From contig NC_135662.1 in assembly GCF_964188315.1 (NCBI RefSeq), positions 73,160,001 through 73,224,000 on the forward strand: DNA of 64,000 nt, in the 5' to 3' direction. Position 1 is the stretch's first letter. Each line of letters begins with the position of its first letter. Both the position numbers and the translations under genes were made by a program. Under the pieces are notes generated by a model. The model made no database searches and had not been told where the DNA came from. It worked only from the letters and a program-made list of their open reading frames with translations. This stretch comes from Podarcis muralis (lineage: Eukaryota). Below, one piece after another: positions 35,584-49,230 of this stretch.

Positions 35584-37105
35584 TACCAGTGTATGGTTGA
35601 TATCCACCATTGCACCAACAGACATGGTAGGATCTCCCCTTCCTCTTCTCCTTTCTTCAGCCATCTTGTGCCCTTCAGTTTTCCCTGGAGGGTCCCAGAA
35701 GCTGCAGAAGGGGAAAGACACATTTGTGCAACAGGAAGACCATTTGGTTGGCAACATTGGATGGCACCCAAAACCTGATAAACAAATCAGATTAGTGCCA
35801 GTACAAATGAAAGGACTGCAAGCCTGGGAAGTGTCTGTCTTGCTACAATACAAACTTTTTTTGTGCTCTTACGTAAAAAAACGAAAATAAATTTAATAGC
35901 AGCAAAAGCAACAGGATGTCAGAAGTATTTTGGTATTCATCGTGAGGTAGCTGGGAGCCATGCTCATCTCTAAGATTACAACTTCAGCCTTACCATTGGA
36001 CAGTGATTCTTCATGACGGTTCTCTCTTATTCTTAGTTGAGGGAATGCTTGGTTCTGTATCCTCCTGAGATGATGCTACTCATTTTAGAACATCATGTTG
36101 GACTTTGTAATTCACTTTGTGCAAGCCTCCAGAGAGAGGATTTTAAAATTAAGCTTGTATAAATGTGCAATTGCATTTGTATATTTTGTACTGATTCCCC
36201 CCTTCTGCAGGCTGCTATTAATGGACTATATGCAATTATGCAGGAGGTGGCAAAATGTCAGGAAGCCATAACACTAGCTTTATTTTCCTTCCTTTAATTA
36301 AAAAGTCACTTCTGGCTACTGTGAGTGTGCTGCTTATGTAGGATTCCTTCTGTGCGTCTGCAAGGTGTTCCTTACAGCACAATCCAACACATGTAAACTC
36401 AGAGCTAAGTCCCATTGGGCTTGCTCCCTGGGAAGTTGATATAAGACTGCATATCTAAACAGCACCTGCACAACTTAGGAGCTGTCAAACTGAGCATAGC
36501 TCTGCATCTCTGAACTGAACCTCCTGTTTGATTCTCATCTGGCACTGCACTGCATTGCATTGCAACAAGCAAACATGAAAATCTCAGGTGGTTTATTGAG
36601 CTCATGGTGGGACATAATATTTGACCAGCAGGCTTCATTGGGCTTGGTGACTCCAAAATTGTGTACGCATCAGCTCTCTATACTGATTTGAATAAAGCTG
36701 CATAACAGTTAGTCCTCCTATGTTCCATGAAATCCTACAAAGCTCGTGGGTGTCATAGTGCTGAAGGTAATTTCATTCTGGATTTAAGTATGCTTTCAGA
36801 CAAGATTGAGTCTGCCAGATCTTATTTTATGTGCTTTATTTGGCTCTCCACTCTCTATCAAACGTTATTTTGACAGAGCCACTGTAGCAGTCGAATGACC
36901 CAGGTCTTGACCTATTAATGTGAGGCAAGTATTTTTAAAATGACATTCTTGATTGGGAAGGAAAGTAGAAGTATGATCTGCCAAAGTGGATTAAGGTTTG
37001 ATCTGTGCTACATGCTAAATGCATTGCCATTTCTGCAGCTGCTTTATGAAATATATAGAACATCAACTGGTGGTTTGACTTTAGTTTTTACTCTCCTCCA
37101 TTCTT

Positions 37106-37406
37106 TTTTTAATAATAAATTTTATTAGATTTTCAAAAAATTAGCATATAAACTTCAATACATGATAAATTTATCTTTATCTGACTTCCCTCCCCATTTT
37201 CCAGGGTGTTTTTATTTCTTCCCCTCTGCTGCACACTGCAGTCTCTATCTCTTATACCATGGCAGCAATACTATATTATCTAATTCCTTCAGCTGCTCAT
37301 ATTTTCTTAAATAGTCCAAAAAGGGCTTCCATTCTTCCACAAAGAAATCATTGTTAGATTCCCTTATTTTGGGTGTTAACTTTGCCAATTCAGCATAGTC
37401 CATTGC
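37106..37406 (-). mobile_element. L1 3' end (ORF2 C-terminus plus 3' UTR)
   Basis: Antisense translation MDYAELAKLTPKIRESNNDFFVEEWKPFLDYL resembles the ORF2 C-terminus at 55900-56000. Poly(T) on the left; 19-bp TSD TTTACTCTCCTCC(A/C)TTCTT at 37087-37105 and 37407-37425. Confidence 0.82.
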
Positions 37407-40059
37407 TTTACTCTCCTCCCTTCTTCACTGTAAAGTATGGGAGCTTGGCCCCGTAATTTGTAATAAGTGTCTAAAGAAAGACAGAAGACTAAAACAAATG
37501 ACCACTTCCTAATATGTGGTTTTGGATCATCATGTTATGCCAGTGAGGTGGTGTCTAGGCTTCAGGAAATCCTATCTTTCGCACGGTGGGATGCCAAGAA
37601 GCAGATAAACAAGAAGCGTTCTTACAAAGTAGTTCATTCAATATTCACAGACAGAGATGAAGGAATGCGGTCTCTCTTAGATAATGCTCCACCTCCTCAG
37701 TCCCTCCTATTCTACATCACCTCTGAGCTTTCTTTTCTACTACTCTCAGTGCACGCCTGGTCCTGGGAGAGGGGGCAGGTCAGAAAGGCTTTATAGAGAC
37801 ACTGAGTCTGTTAGCTGTCTCTCCCCTGGTGCTTCTTCTTCCTGCTGCTCTCCCAATATTTCCCAGCTGCAGCCTCTGAACTGTGACCTTCTGCAAACCA
37901 CTGTTTTAAATCTATACTGTACTCCTCTTCTTGGGAAGGTACAGGAAGTGGTGGGGGTTCCCACTATTCCTCCTCAGCCCAGCCCCTGACAGGTGTTAGC
38001 ACTTCTGCCAACTGAGCAACATGGAAGATTCCACCACTGTGCACCTCCATTTCTCAGCACAAATGCTCCAAAAACTGAGATGATGTTGGCATCAGGATGT
38101 CCTGTAGTATATAGGCTCCTCTCATGTAGCCCATATCTTCTGATGTTAGTCCATCAATATACATAGGAAGGAATAGCTCTACTTCTATAACATCACCATT
38201 GCAATGCTTCCCATGGGAAGTTTGTATTCTGTCGCGTCTGCCCATTGGGTGGTTGAAACATATCCCACCTGTATCATAAACGGAGTCATTCCAATCAGAA
38301 ACTGAGTAGGAATGTTTTCACTATAGGGTTGTCATCTCCTACTCAGGGCATGAGGTAGAAACTTTTAAATCTCCAGATGCTGTAGGACTCAAGGCAGACA
38401 CAGCTGCTACTTCCTGTTTGCTTCTTGATTCTGTCCCATGCCCACCTCCCCTGCCTACTGGAGCAAATAGTTGTCCTGATTCACTTTTTGTTCTAATCTT
38501 AGTGGCAACTCTACGGCTGTGATGTAAGTAAAATAGAAATTATAGAGTTGCCACCAAAATCGCACCTGGAACAAACTTGGAAATTAATTTTTTGGGCTAA
38601 CCACCAGGAGAAACATCCGAGGTGTGTTAAGGGAAGTCCAAAAAGTTCTAGAAGGCATCAAGCATTTTGGATGAAAGGAATTCATGCATTCCTACCACTT
38701 AATAAATGGTTTCTTGTGTTGACCCAGAATATCCCCACATTTTCTGGGCCAATCATGGTTGCATCCTCTAAATTCTGCTTTTGATTTCATAACACATGGA
38801 TCTGATGCTGTCAAATGAAATCTAGTGGAAATGGTATGAAACTGATGCAAGGTTATGATTATAGTATGTGTGACTCTGATAAATACTTTTGCTAAATAGG
38901 GATGCCTTTCAATAACTTACCATTATGTGTGTGTGTGTACAGAATCTTATTTGAATCTGTTTCAGGATGATTTCAAGCCAATATCTTTCTACACCCATGT
39001 TTTTCTTAACAGAAATGTGGTTTGATGCACTTCCTCTTTCCAATTCAGTTATGATGGCTGCAAAATCTGCTAGTGGGAGAGAACCCAAAATGTTAGGGTT
39101 TTGCATAGTGCAGAATCCATGTGATTCAATACTAATTGGCAGCATGGATAGAGCTTGGAGATCTCCTGTTCTGCCTTGAAACTGCTATCTCATCTATTTA
39201 TACTGCGGTGGGCAGCTAAACCCTATCATCACCCCATCAGGTCTGATTTGTGGCTGTCGATTTGTCTTCCTTTCAAACCTGTACTGGTGAGGTGATGGAA
39301 GAGGTGGTGAGCAATTGCCTTAGGAGAAATAACAAAGAGCCACCCTCCCAACTAAATGTCTAATTTGTCAAGTTTGGCGAGTATCGCGTAGGGTTTCCCT
39401 GTGTGAGTTTTGCACGACCCATCTGGATTCCAATGGTTTTTATTTTTCCTTCCTCAAAGTGTCATGCCGAGCCTTGGCAGGGATTAATAGAGGACTCTGG
39501 CTCCTCTACATGTTGCCCTGTGTACTGTGTGTGCATCCAGATTGCTAATGATAAACTAGTTTATACTTGCAGCTCTGCTAGCAAATATCCATGCATTTCA
39601 GGGAACCGGGCTCTGCTGGTTGGTGTGTGTGCACCATAGATTCTCAGTTTGCTCCTAGCATGCCTCTCCATAACTTGCCTTATTTTTTAAAAACATAATA
39701 GTCTGCAGTAATCCAATTAATCAGCAGAAACATTTTTCTAGGAATGAAACCAGCTGCAAATGGGGTTTTAACATCATCACTCCTCCTCCAAGCATCCCCC
39801 CCTTAAAAAATAATAATCAAGGAGTCTGAAACAGGCAAGTTCCAAGATTATCAAATAGTTGAGCATTTTGCAGCTTGTATAAGTGAATGGAGGAAAAGTT
39901 GAAATGTATTGAATTTAGCATAAATAAATAAATAGCTCCAATAGTGGGGAAAGGATAGAATTTGACAAAGGAATAACAGTAGATGTGGGCTTATACTTCA
40001 GTAGGGATGGAGGAGAAATGTGATTCAGTTTCACATTTAAAGATGAACCTTCCTAACTA

Positions 40060-41030
40060 ATGGGATCAAAAGCCACTGAGAAGTTGAGCATTAACAAAGA
40101 CATATTTCCTCCGTCTCTCTCCCATCATAGGTACAGGCCAACCAAAGCAGCTTTGGTGCCAAACTAAGCCTAAACCCTGATTGAAATGAATATAGAAAAC
40201 CAGTTTCCTCCAAGAGTGCCTGGATATGGTCTGTGACCACACACTCAAGAAGTAGAAATTGGCAAGTGTCTGGTAACAATTTAGATTTTTTAAATTCAAG
40301 GAGGGTTTCTTGAGGAGTGGCTTGCACCACTGCCTCCTTCAAGCAGGCAGGGACCACCCCCTCTTGCAAGGAAGCATTGATCACCTCCTTGGCCCAACCA
40401 GCTGTACTCTCCCTGATAGTTTTTATCAGCCACAAGGGGCAAGGGTCCAGTGTGCCAGCAGTCATGTCTTCAACCCTTAGTAACTGAAACTCATCCAACG
40501 CAATAGGACTAGGCAGTGCTCTGGACATTCCTTAGGATTCATCTGCTGTGACAGTGGAGCCAAGGTCCCGGTGAATGCAACTGAATTTCTGGTTAATTTC
40601 TGCAGACAAGTTTCAGTTCCACCACCTCCTTTGGGTCAGACTGTAAAAGGCCCCACACTACCTGGGAGAGCTCTGCTGGACATCACAATAAGGATGTAAT
40701 GGAGAAAGCAAAGTAGGCCTTCTTTACTGCCTTCATTGTTACTAGTTAGGCTCGATGATGAGCCCCACCAGTATTTGATTGTATTTGACTGGAGTTTTCC
40801 TCCACTCATGTTCAAGCCATATCCCAGCTTGTTTCCTCACCCTAAGTTCTGGAGAGCACCAAGTGGAAGTGGGCATTGAAGAATGATCATGTCAACAGTC
40901 TGAGCCATTTGGATGTTCCAGAGGTTGCCCAGGGCTTCTACAAAAGTGCCAGTCACATCAGCCAGAAAATCCCCCAGAGCTGTCTGGAAATCCATCAGCC
41001 TCTGAGGGTGAAACATTCCGCACAAGGGGG
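40060..41030 (-). mobile_element. Degraded L2 ORF2 segment
   Basis: Translated TLDPCPLWLIK, INASLQEGVVPACLKEAVV and FQSGFR motifs; frameshifted. Confidence 0.78.
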
Positions 41031-41773
41031 AGGGTAGAGGCTGAAAGACTAAATCTCACTTTCAGATCACCGCCTTCCTACCCAGCTGAGAAAACAAGGT
41101 CCAGAATGTGGCCTGCAACATGCTCTCTTCCATAGCTTGGGCTCTGAAAGAACATTGCTATGTGAATTAAACTATGTCCCAAAACCTCCTTTACTACATT
41201 TATAGTACAAATGTAGCCAGAAACCACTGGTATGAATCCATGTGTGTTTGTCAGAGAAGGTAAGATTCCAGATGAAAATAGGAAGGCTTAACAAAACACA
41301 CACACACACATGAACACACAAACACACAGAGAGATGCCATGCACTTTTCTTTCCTTTTTTTCTTTGACAAGCAGGATAGAATTATTTCAGGATTTCATGC
41401 CACACCAATTCCAGGCAGAATAGCATTCAAAACTCTCCCTGTGTATCTCTGCTCTGTTACCCACATGGAAAAAAAATGATACATTGATTCTCTCTGTGCG
41501 TGCTGTATCTTGTTGCAAAATGTCTTCTATCAGTGTAGATTCACCTGTTCATTTCCTGTGATTATAATGTGCAAACTGTCTCGCCATTGACATGTAGAGC
41601 TTGCCTTGCACTAGTGCTGTGCTGACAATATATACCCTATATTCTGTAGCAGTTAATGAAAAAAAAGAACTGCATATCAAAGGGAAGACAACGTTTTGGT
41701 AGAATTCCCATGGGTAGGCTGCAGAGTTTTAGTTGAGCTAACCTTACTAGGTGACTGGAGGAACTCTGTGTGA

Positions 41774-41835
41774 CCCTTCCTCCCTCCCTCCCTCCCTCCC
41801 TCCCTTCCTTCCTTCCTTCCTTCCTTCCTTCCTTC
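41774..41835. repeat. (CCCT)n(CCTT)n microsatellite
   Basis: Direct reading. Confidence 0.95.
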
Positions 41836-42675
41836 AAATTTTATTTTCAGTGGTGTTCACTCTGTAGCCTTCTTGGGAGGCTGTGTTTCCTGAAAACTCC
41901 ATAACCTCATCATCTCAATTTCCTTGTAAGTCTGGAAAAGTAGGGAGGCTGACAATTGTACATCTGAAAACTGTTCATTTGTTTTTCTATGGTGTGTTCA
42001 AATTATGGTATGCGGGTGGTACTGTTTAATTTAATTGCTGTTTAATGTGACTCCAGCATGCTCCTGCCTCCCCCTTTTTTAAACTGGCTTCATACAATGT
42101 TAGCCACAATCAATTTGTATTCTGCACCTTTAAGAGAATTACTCCTCTTTCATGACCTTCCCCACCAATCAGCTTCCATGTGATTCAAAAACGGAAGCTG
42201 CATTTCCAATTTGTGAACAGCTGAGGCAGCTTTTGCGCATGTGCAGAAAGGGGCTAGGGAAATGCAATGGGGGAAAGTGACCTTGCAGTGTTTCAAGCTG
42301 CTAATGTGAACATAGCCTCAGTTATGTCTTATTGTTTCTTAGGAAATAAATGCAGATGGAATTTTTTTAAAAAGATGGAAGGAAAAGCTCAAGCTAAAAT
42401 CAATGAGTGCTCCAATGTTAGGCACTTAGCAGCCAGCCTCTCCAGCTTCCAATGCTTTAGCTGAAGCTCGGAGGATGTCTCTTCCCATGGGGCTTTATTA
42501 GATCGGGAACCACAGGCAGCTGGGGAGGCTGCAGAGTGTTGGGGAAATTTATAAATGGAAAGAATAACAGCCACCCCACCTGCAGGCAAGTTCCTGTGAA
42601 AAAATAAGCTCAGCCTAGCATTCCCCTAAATTATAAATTCTAAAGTGCCCTGAGAAAGAGAGAGATAATGGAAGA

Positions 42676-42727
<52 letters not shown>
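42676..42727. repeat. (AAT)n microsatellite
   Basis: Direct reading. Confidence 0.95.
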
Positions 42728-43187
42728 GACTGGTTTTGGCACCACACTAGCCTACTCATGTTGAAAAGGATCTATGAATAATTTGCTAACACGCAACATA
42801 AAAGCATGGGATTCTCTTGAGTCTCTTAGATTGCAATGCTATGCATGTCTCCTGAGAGGCAGGTACCATTGAGTTCAGTGGGATTTGTTTCCAGGTTTGT
42901 GAAAATAGGATTGCAGCCTTATAACATGTGGATCAGGGTTGTTGTCTTTTTAAGTACATTTCTGTCACTTAAAGAATCCCGTCTTGTCATACAATCTGTC
43001 TGCTGCACCATTGATTTTGAAACTTTATTTGGGACCACTCTATGTTTCCATGGAAACAGACATTGGTCATAGTAGGTGACATATCATGCTAGGTTCACTG
43101 TTGTCCTGCAAAGCACAATAGTATTAGATGTGAGTAGTAATGTATTCTCTATACGTGTTGTGTGATGTTGAGGGCAAACAGGCTATA

Positions 43188-43265
43188 GGAACATAAGAGG
43201 CCTGGTGGGTCAGACCAAAGGCCCATCTGCTCCATCGTCTTGTTCACATAATGACCACCCAAGTT
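43188..43265 (-). mobile_element. CR1-type 3' end fragment
   Basis: GAACATAAGAGGCCTGGTGGGTCAGACCAAAGGCCCATCT is typical of antisense CR1 termini. Confidence 0.5.
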
Positions 43266-44719
43266 CTTATTACACATCCTTGGCATGCATTACTAAGACA
43301 TGGGTGGAAGAGATGGTTGGGTAGGGTTCTGTCATTTGTTTCCCTTATGGCTATGTAAACTCACCTGAATTAATTACTGCTGTAAACTTGAATCAAAGCT
43401 ACTTTTCATCCTGAGAGTGATCATTGGTTTGAAGTCAGCGGTGCTAAACTGGAAATGAATCGGACATGAAAACACACAGACCATGGCTTTTCCTTTATGT
43501 CTGAAAATGGCAGGTGCAATTGGTTTGGAAAGGGATAAAGCAAAATTGACTTGAGCCGTGACCTTCTATGCCAAGTTAAAGACCAGAACAAATTTCTAAA
43601 AGGTTGAGTTATAAACCTCAGAAGAGCAGTTTTTATTGCAAAAGTGCTGATGCAACCTTAACCATAAGTGTGGGTGACTGGTGTGGCTATAATTTTGTTA
43701 AACAGCAGATATGGGTGCCTGTGCCCATTAACAACTAATATATCATGAATGGCAAATGCTGAACAGAGGAAATGTGGAAGCAAAATGCAGAAAGAGATGA
43801 GCAAGTAATTAATGCTAAGAGTCCACAGGAGGGCAAGAAATCTTCCTTTGACTAGCTGTGATGGAGGACATACCTTTTATCAGTTGTTAAATCCATTAAT
43901 TGGAATGTTTCTGGTGTTTGCATGAAAGTGGTGCACAATAATTTATGGATGTTCAGGAAGTTGTATATTGCACCATGTGCCGATTTTCTGTCAACAGAGA
44001 ACAGATCACATCACAATATTTCTACATTTTGTAGTTAAACGTGCAAATTTAGAGTCATCAAATTTCGAATGAAACCGGAGCATTACTTTTTATTTGTGAA
44101 TCGTGGTTTGGCTACTTGGTATATGCTTGCACAACACTGTATAAGTGGGCTTGGGCACACTTTTGTTTCTGTATCTTTCTGACCGAGCGATTGTCCACAC
44201 TAATACTTCTCCACTTTCCCCCCAAGAAAACCCACTGTTTCCTGCTGAATCAGAACAAACATCAAACGGGTTTTCTGCAGATTAATATTTGCCCTCATTC
44301 AGTGGCAAAAAGCGTGTTTTCCCAGGGGAAAGTGGTGCGGCCACCAAGAAACTTCTTGGACCTATGCCCAGAAAACATGGAAGAAGAGAAAGTATGGACA
44401 AGCCCTGATAGCAGAGGAACAAATAGCTGAACAAGAAGCTGAAATAGAACCTAATGAATTGCAACACCAGTTATCCCCCCCCCCCACCGATGGTTCTCAT
44501 CTATAGTGTGTTGCAAAGACCCATCACAAAGCATATCAGAAGACAATGGTTTTATCAAATGGTATAAGAATTTGACACCTAGGTTGAGCATTGTATTACA
44601 GAGTGTGCTAACTGACTGAAGCAGGGGAAATAAGGTCAGTCTAGGCGAAACGGAAGTGGTATAGTTAGAAGTGGTATAGCCTCATCTGAGTACTAGCTCC
44701 CCCTCTTTCCCCACTGACT

Positions 44720-45095
44720 CTTGCAGGTGGAGCTGTGGTCTAAACCACCAAGCCTCTTGGGCTTGCCGATCAGAAGGTTGGCAGTTTGAATGCCCATGAT
44801 GGGGTGAGCTCCTGTTGCTCTGTCCCAGCTCCTGCCAACCTAGCAGTTCGAAAGCACACCAGTGGAAGTAGATAAAGAGGTACCGCTGCGGCGGGAAGGT
44901 AAACAACATTTTTGTGCGCTCTGGTTTCTGTCACAGTGTTCCACTGCGCTGGAAGTGGTTTAGTCATGCTGGCCACATGACCCGGAAAGCTGTCTGTGGA
45001 CAAACGCTGGCTCCCTCGAGCTGAAAATGAGATGAGCACCGCAACCCCATATTCACCTTTGACTGGACTTAACCATCCAGGGGTTCTTTACCTTT
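44720..45095 (+). mobile_element. Sauria SINE
   Basis: Head GGTGGAGCTGTGG through tail TTTACCTTT; body shared with the other copies. Confidence 0.85.
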
Positions 45096-45848
45096 TTCTT
45101 CTTCTTTCTTTTAACCTTGCACAGCTGAATTTTAAGCTTCTAGATAACACTACAAGTTTGCTACCTGGAAATGTCAGGACATTTAAACAAAAAACCTGCT
45201 TGTATAATCAGTTGAAGGTGGTGTGTGTGTGCATACATTGTCGCCATGTATGAATTAAATAGACCTCTGTCCTTGCAGGCTCCTTTCTTGCAGAGGGTGT
45301 ATGTATGCTGTAGCTCACATTGGACAGAGGTTGGAAGTTGTGGGAGACAAACTCCAGTTCCTCCTTTTTTCCTTTCCCTCAGCTGCTCTGGGCAGAGCAA
45401 CCCTAAGTATAGGAAGCTAGTGGGATTTATGGTGGCTTAATTTAAGATGATATAAATTACCTCTCTTCCAAACCCCATTCAGGAGTGAGGCTAGGGCTGA
45501 CTGAGCTGGCCCAAACCTGGCAGAGGAAAATCAAGTCTTTAGGACAGAGTTTGACTTACACCACACTTTTTGCCTGCACAGGTTCTGCCTAGGTCACATA
45601 ACTGAGCTGAAGGTGGTTTGGAATTCCCTTTCTGGGGATAATTTCCATTGACTCAGCCAGCAGGTTGCTGGCTGTTCCAGGTTGAGGAAGTTACAGCCAT
45701 AGGAGTCAACTCCTAGGGACTGAGATACCGTTGCCCCCCAATAACACATTTGAGGAGTCTAGCCCCCACCAAAGTTGATCGGCATTGCCATTCATACGGT
45801 GTGTGCGAGCCACATCTCTGCAATCAATTACATGGGGTGGTGCTTACC

Positions 45849-46178
45849 CAGACCCTCCAAGTGTCCCTCTTTTCCAGGAACTGTCCCAAATTTACAGAAG
45901 CCATCCCAGTTTTTGATTTGATCCTGGAATATCCCACTTTTCCTTAGGGCGTCAGAGAAATGTTGGAGGGTATGGAGTTAGGCGAGCCCCGAGCCAAGGA
46001 GTAAATAACTATGCAAGCTTTAGAAGACATCTGAAAGCAGCCCTGTATAGGGAAATTTCTTAATGTTTGCTGTTTTAGCAAGTTTTTTTATATGTTGGAA
46101 ATCACTTAGAGTGACGGGGGAAGCCCAGTCAGGTGAGTGGGGTATAAATAGAAGAAGAAGAAGAAGAAGAAGAAGAAG

Positions 46179-46210
<32 letters not shown>

Positions 46211-46255
46211 GTGTAGGACATCCCTATTTTCATTGGAGAAATGTTGGAGGGTGTG
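45849..46255. mobile_element. hAT-type MITE fused to an L2-like 3' tail with (GAA)n (composite)
   Basis: CAGACCCTCCAA...TTGGAGGGTG termini, 8-bp direct repeat TGCTTACC at 45841-45848 and 46254-46261, internal L2-like 3' UTR and (GAA)n at 46150-46208. Confidence 0.65.
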
Positions 46256-46450
46256 CTTACCTCCCCCCCCCCAATATTTCGTTCAAGTTGGCACCCCTGG
46301 TTACAGCCCAAGATTACCTTGTTCCAAACTCACTAAGGCCAGTGAATCTTGCTTTGGAGTAAGCTGTAAATGTCAGAAAGGTGTGTGTGTTTCAGCCGGT
46401 TCCTGCAGAGCTCCCGAGATTGCTCACGTAATACTTTGAGGATGCACAAA

Positions 46451-46514
<64 letters not shown>
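46451..46514. repeat. (TGT)n microsatellite
   Basis: Direct reading. Confidence 0.95.
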
Positions 46515-47489
46515 ACACTTTTACTGTATTTATTATGAAAAACATATCCTTCCCTGCCTAGCAACCATGCTTTAGAAGGTGACTGGTGTCTAGGCAGGCA
46601 GGCATTCCAATCACTATCAACCCCAGTTTTCTCCCCATATCTCTTCCTTCCCCCTTTAACTATCTTTTTCTGTGTCTCGGCAGTGCTCCTTGAGATTGTC
46701 ATGTTACTTTTGCATTCCTTCCGCAAGAGATTCTAGTACAGAGGACAGCCAAACACACTGTTTCAACTCGCTGTCTCTGTGTCAACACAATGCTCAAAGG
46801 AATACGCTTACATAAGTGAAGTTCCTCTCTTAACAACTTGTGCTGATGAAACATACACTAGAACAAAACGTAACTTGAAGCTTCCATCGATCTGGGACGT
46901 AGCCTAGTATCTGGACGTTTAATGTATATACGTATTCCCTATGGCTGGCTTCTTATCTTCCTTTTTGTACCTCTGCCATGGAGAAGCTTTAAAGTCGTGG
47001 ACATGTGAAAAAGGGAATGCAAACTGGGCTGAAAGCTTGGGTTTCTTCATGCATTCCGCCAATCCTAGGGACAAAGTTACATGCAAATGTAACAAAACAT
47101 TAACAACCTTTTAAAAGGCGCTTCAGATGCCTGTGATCTTTTGAGTCAAAGTGTGTTGAGAGGACTGTGTGCTTTGGCGGTTGTTGCTCCCTCAGGCTCC
47201 CCGCAATTGCTTTCCACTGGTGGAGCTCCAAATGTATTAATAGACCTGTAAACTCACACCTGGAATTACACAAGAAGCGCGGGGGGGGGGGGGCTGAGGC
47301 AGAAGGAGTGTGACTTATTTTAAGGCAAAAAGACAGAGAGGAAAGAGTTAAGCACACACACCCCTTTCTTCATTCTTTTAATGTGGTTTTTTTTAATTTT
47401 CCCCCTTAACAATGCAATCAGTGAATAAGAAGGAGGAAAGCAAGATCAGCAAGAGATCATAGCAATTTGTAGTGCAGTATTATACAGTT

Positions 47490-47847
47490 GGGGACGCGGG
47501 TGGCGCTGTGGGTAAAAGCCTCAGCGCCTAGGGCTTGCCGATCGAAAGGTCGGCGGTTCGAATCCCTGCAACGGGGTGCGCTCCCGCTGCTCGGTCCCAG
47601 CGCCTGCCAACCTAGCAGTTCGAAAGCACCCCCGGGTGCAAGTAGATAAATAGGGACCGCTTACTGGCGGGAAGGTAAACGGCGTTTCCGTGTGCTGCGC
47701 TGGCTCGCCAGATGCAGCTTTGTCACGCTGGCCACGTGACCCAGAAGTGTCTCCGGACAGCGCTGGCCCCCGGCCTCTTGAGTGAGATGGGTGCAGAACC
47801 CTAGAGTCTGTCAAACTGGCCCGTACGGGCAGGGGTACCTTTACCTT
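47490..47847 (+). mobile_element. Young CpG-rich Sauria SINE
   Basis: Intact head GGGACGCGGGTGGCGCTGTGG, B box GGTTCGAATCCC, tail ACCTTTACCTTT; exact 12-bp TSD TATTATACAGTT at 47478-47489 and 47848-47859. Confidence 0.93.
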
Positions 47848-47869
47848 TATTATACAGTTAAAATAAATA

Positions 47870-48095
47870 CAGTGGTACCTCGGGTTACATACGCTTCAGG
47901 TTACAGACTCTGCTAACCCAGAAATAGTGCTTCAGGTTAAGAACTTTGCTTCAGGATGAGAGCAGAAATCGTGCTCCTGCGGGGCGGCGGCAGCAGGAGG
48001 CCCCATTAGCTAAAGTGGTGCTTCAGGTTAAGAACAGTTTCAGGTTAAGAATGGACCTCCGGAACGAATTAAGTACTTAACCCGAGGTACCACTG
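47870..48095 (+). mobile_element. Tigger-like MITE, family A
   Basis: TIRs; left TA present, right flank CA. Confidence 0.87.
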
Positions 48096-48547
48096 CACAA
48101 TCAGAACCAAACTAAAGGGGAGTGGGGTGTGCGGTTTTTTTTCCGGGGGGGGGGGGGGAGAATAGCAGGACACAGGTTCCAGGAGAGTTTGTTTGGCATA
48201 TACCTCATGCAAACAATTTCAAGTACAGATCCCAGATGTCTGAGTGTTTATTCTCCGTGTCCTACCTGCTAAATGTACAGTTTTCATATGCTGCAAAAGT
48301 GGACAAGCTTTTTATTTAAACGACAATAAACAAATTCTTTATGTAATATGTTCTTTGTCTAGGCCACTTTTTTGTTAACCTCAAGGAATATAGGTACTAC
48401 CACACATGGCTTGTGTGCTCTGTTCAGTTTCATTGGCCCACAAGTTGTTCTGACCTACTCTCTAAAAACAATCACTTCATTTATCCTATTTAACCTTCAA
48501 ATGAACTTCAAACCTTTCAGGGTTTTGTTTTCTTTTAATTTGTGCCG

Positions 48548-48918
48548 AATTGGGATGTGTGAATCCTTCAATTTCAGTTCCTCTCAGTTTCTCATTTGTC
48601 CAACCTTCAGTTCTCCACATTTCCACATGCATGAATTTCTCCTAATAGACACCTTTTTACAATACATTGTTTTGTTTTGCAATGGTCCCCTCAAACTATG
48701 CATTCTGTCTGCTGTTTTCACTAATATATGCCTTTTTATGCATATTATATCCTAGTATGTGCATTTTTGCACCTATTTATTGGCTGGAAAACGGCATTGC
48801 AAAATTCAGAGAAGTTCACATTTTGAAGAATGGCTGTGTTCTGGTTTGTGCATCTTTTCAGAAAGGACATATTAATTCAGTTTACCTTTAAATGCAAACT
48901 GAGTCAAGTTTCTTGCCC
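48548..48918. mobile_element. Probable AT-rich non-autonomous DNA element (related fragment at 31862-32090)
   Basis: GGGATGTGTGAA...TTGCCCAACCCTA ends and repeated CTAATATA/TGCATTTT units in both places. Confidence 0.4.
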
Positions 48919-49230
48919 AACCCTAATGTTGAGACACTCCATATAGGCACACATGTGAGTGTTTTACTTCATCTTGGCTTCTAACGTTTTGAAGCTATAT
49001 GCATCACCGACTCTTGTCTTTCTCTGAAATATTCCACATGAAGTTGGGCTAAATGTCTAGGAAGTGGCAAAATATCTATTATGACATCATTTTGTGGTAG
49101 TTCAAATGGTTCTTGAATAAATAAAGGAGACCAACATTGGAAGGAGTCCACTCTTTAGAAAACACACACACTGCAATTCAAACTTACATGCTAAGGGAGT
49201 TTGCCTGTTTAATGTGACCCACATTAAAAA

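Noticed and set aside
35382-35890. ORFs with poly-E, poly-L and poly-P (also poly-R, poly-S, poly-C and poly-I ORFs at 46063-46726, 17816-18043, 59026-59331)
   Set aside because: Translations of microsatellites.
38324-38513. TAGGGTTGTCA...TGGCAACTCTA hAT-like element
   Set aside because: TIR-like ends are present but there is no matching 8-bp TSD and the boundaries are ambiguous.
44281-44490. Open frame after a TTTTCTGCAG acceptor (LIFALIQWQK...AEEQIAEQEAEIEPNEL)
   Set aside because: No recognisable protein, no convincing donor before the stop; could be chance within a unique region.
47490-47570. tRNA gene (also at other SINE heads)
   Set aside because: A/B boxes run directly into SINE bodies with tails and TSDs; no complete cloverleaf.
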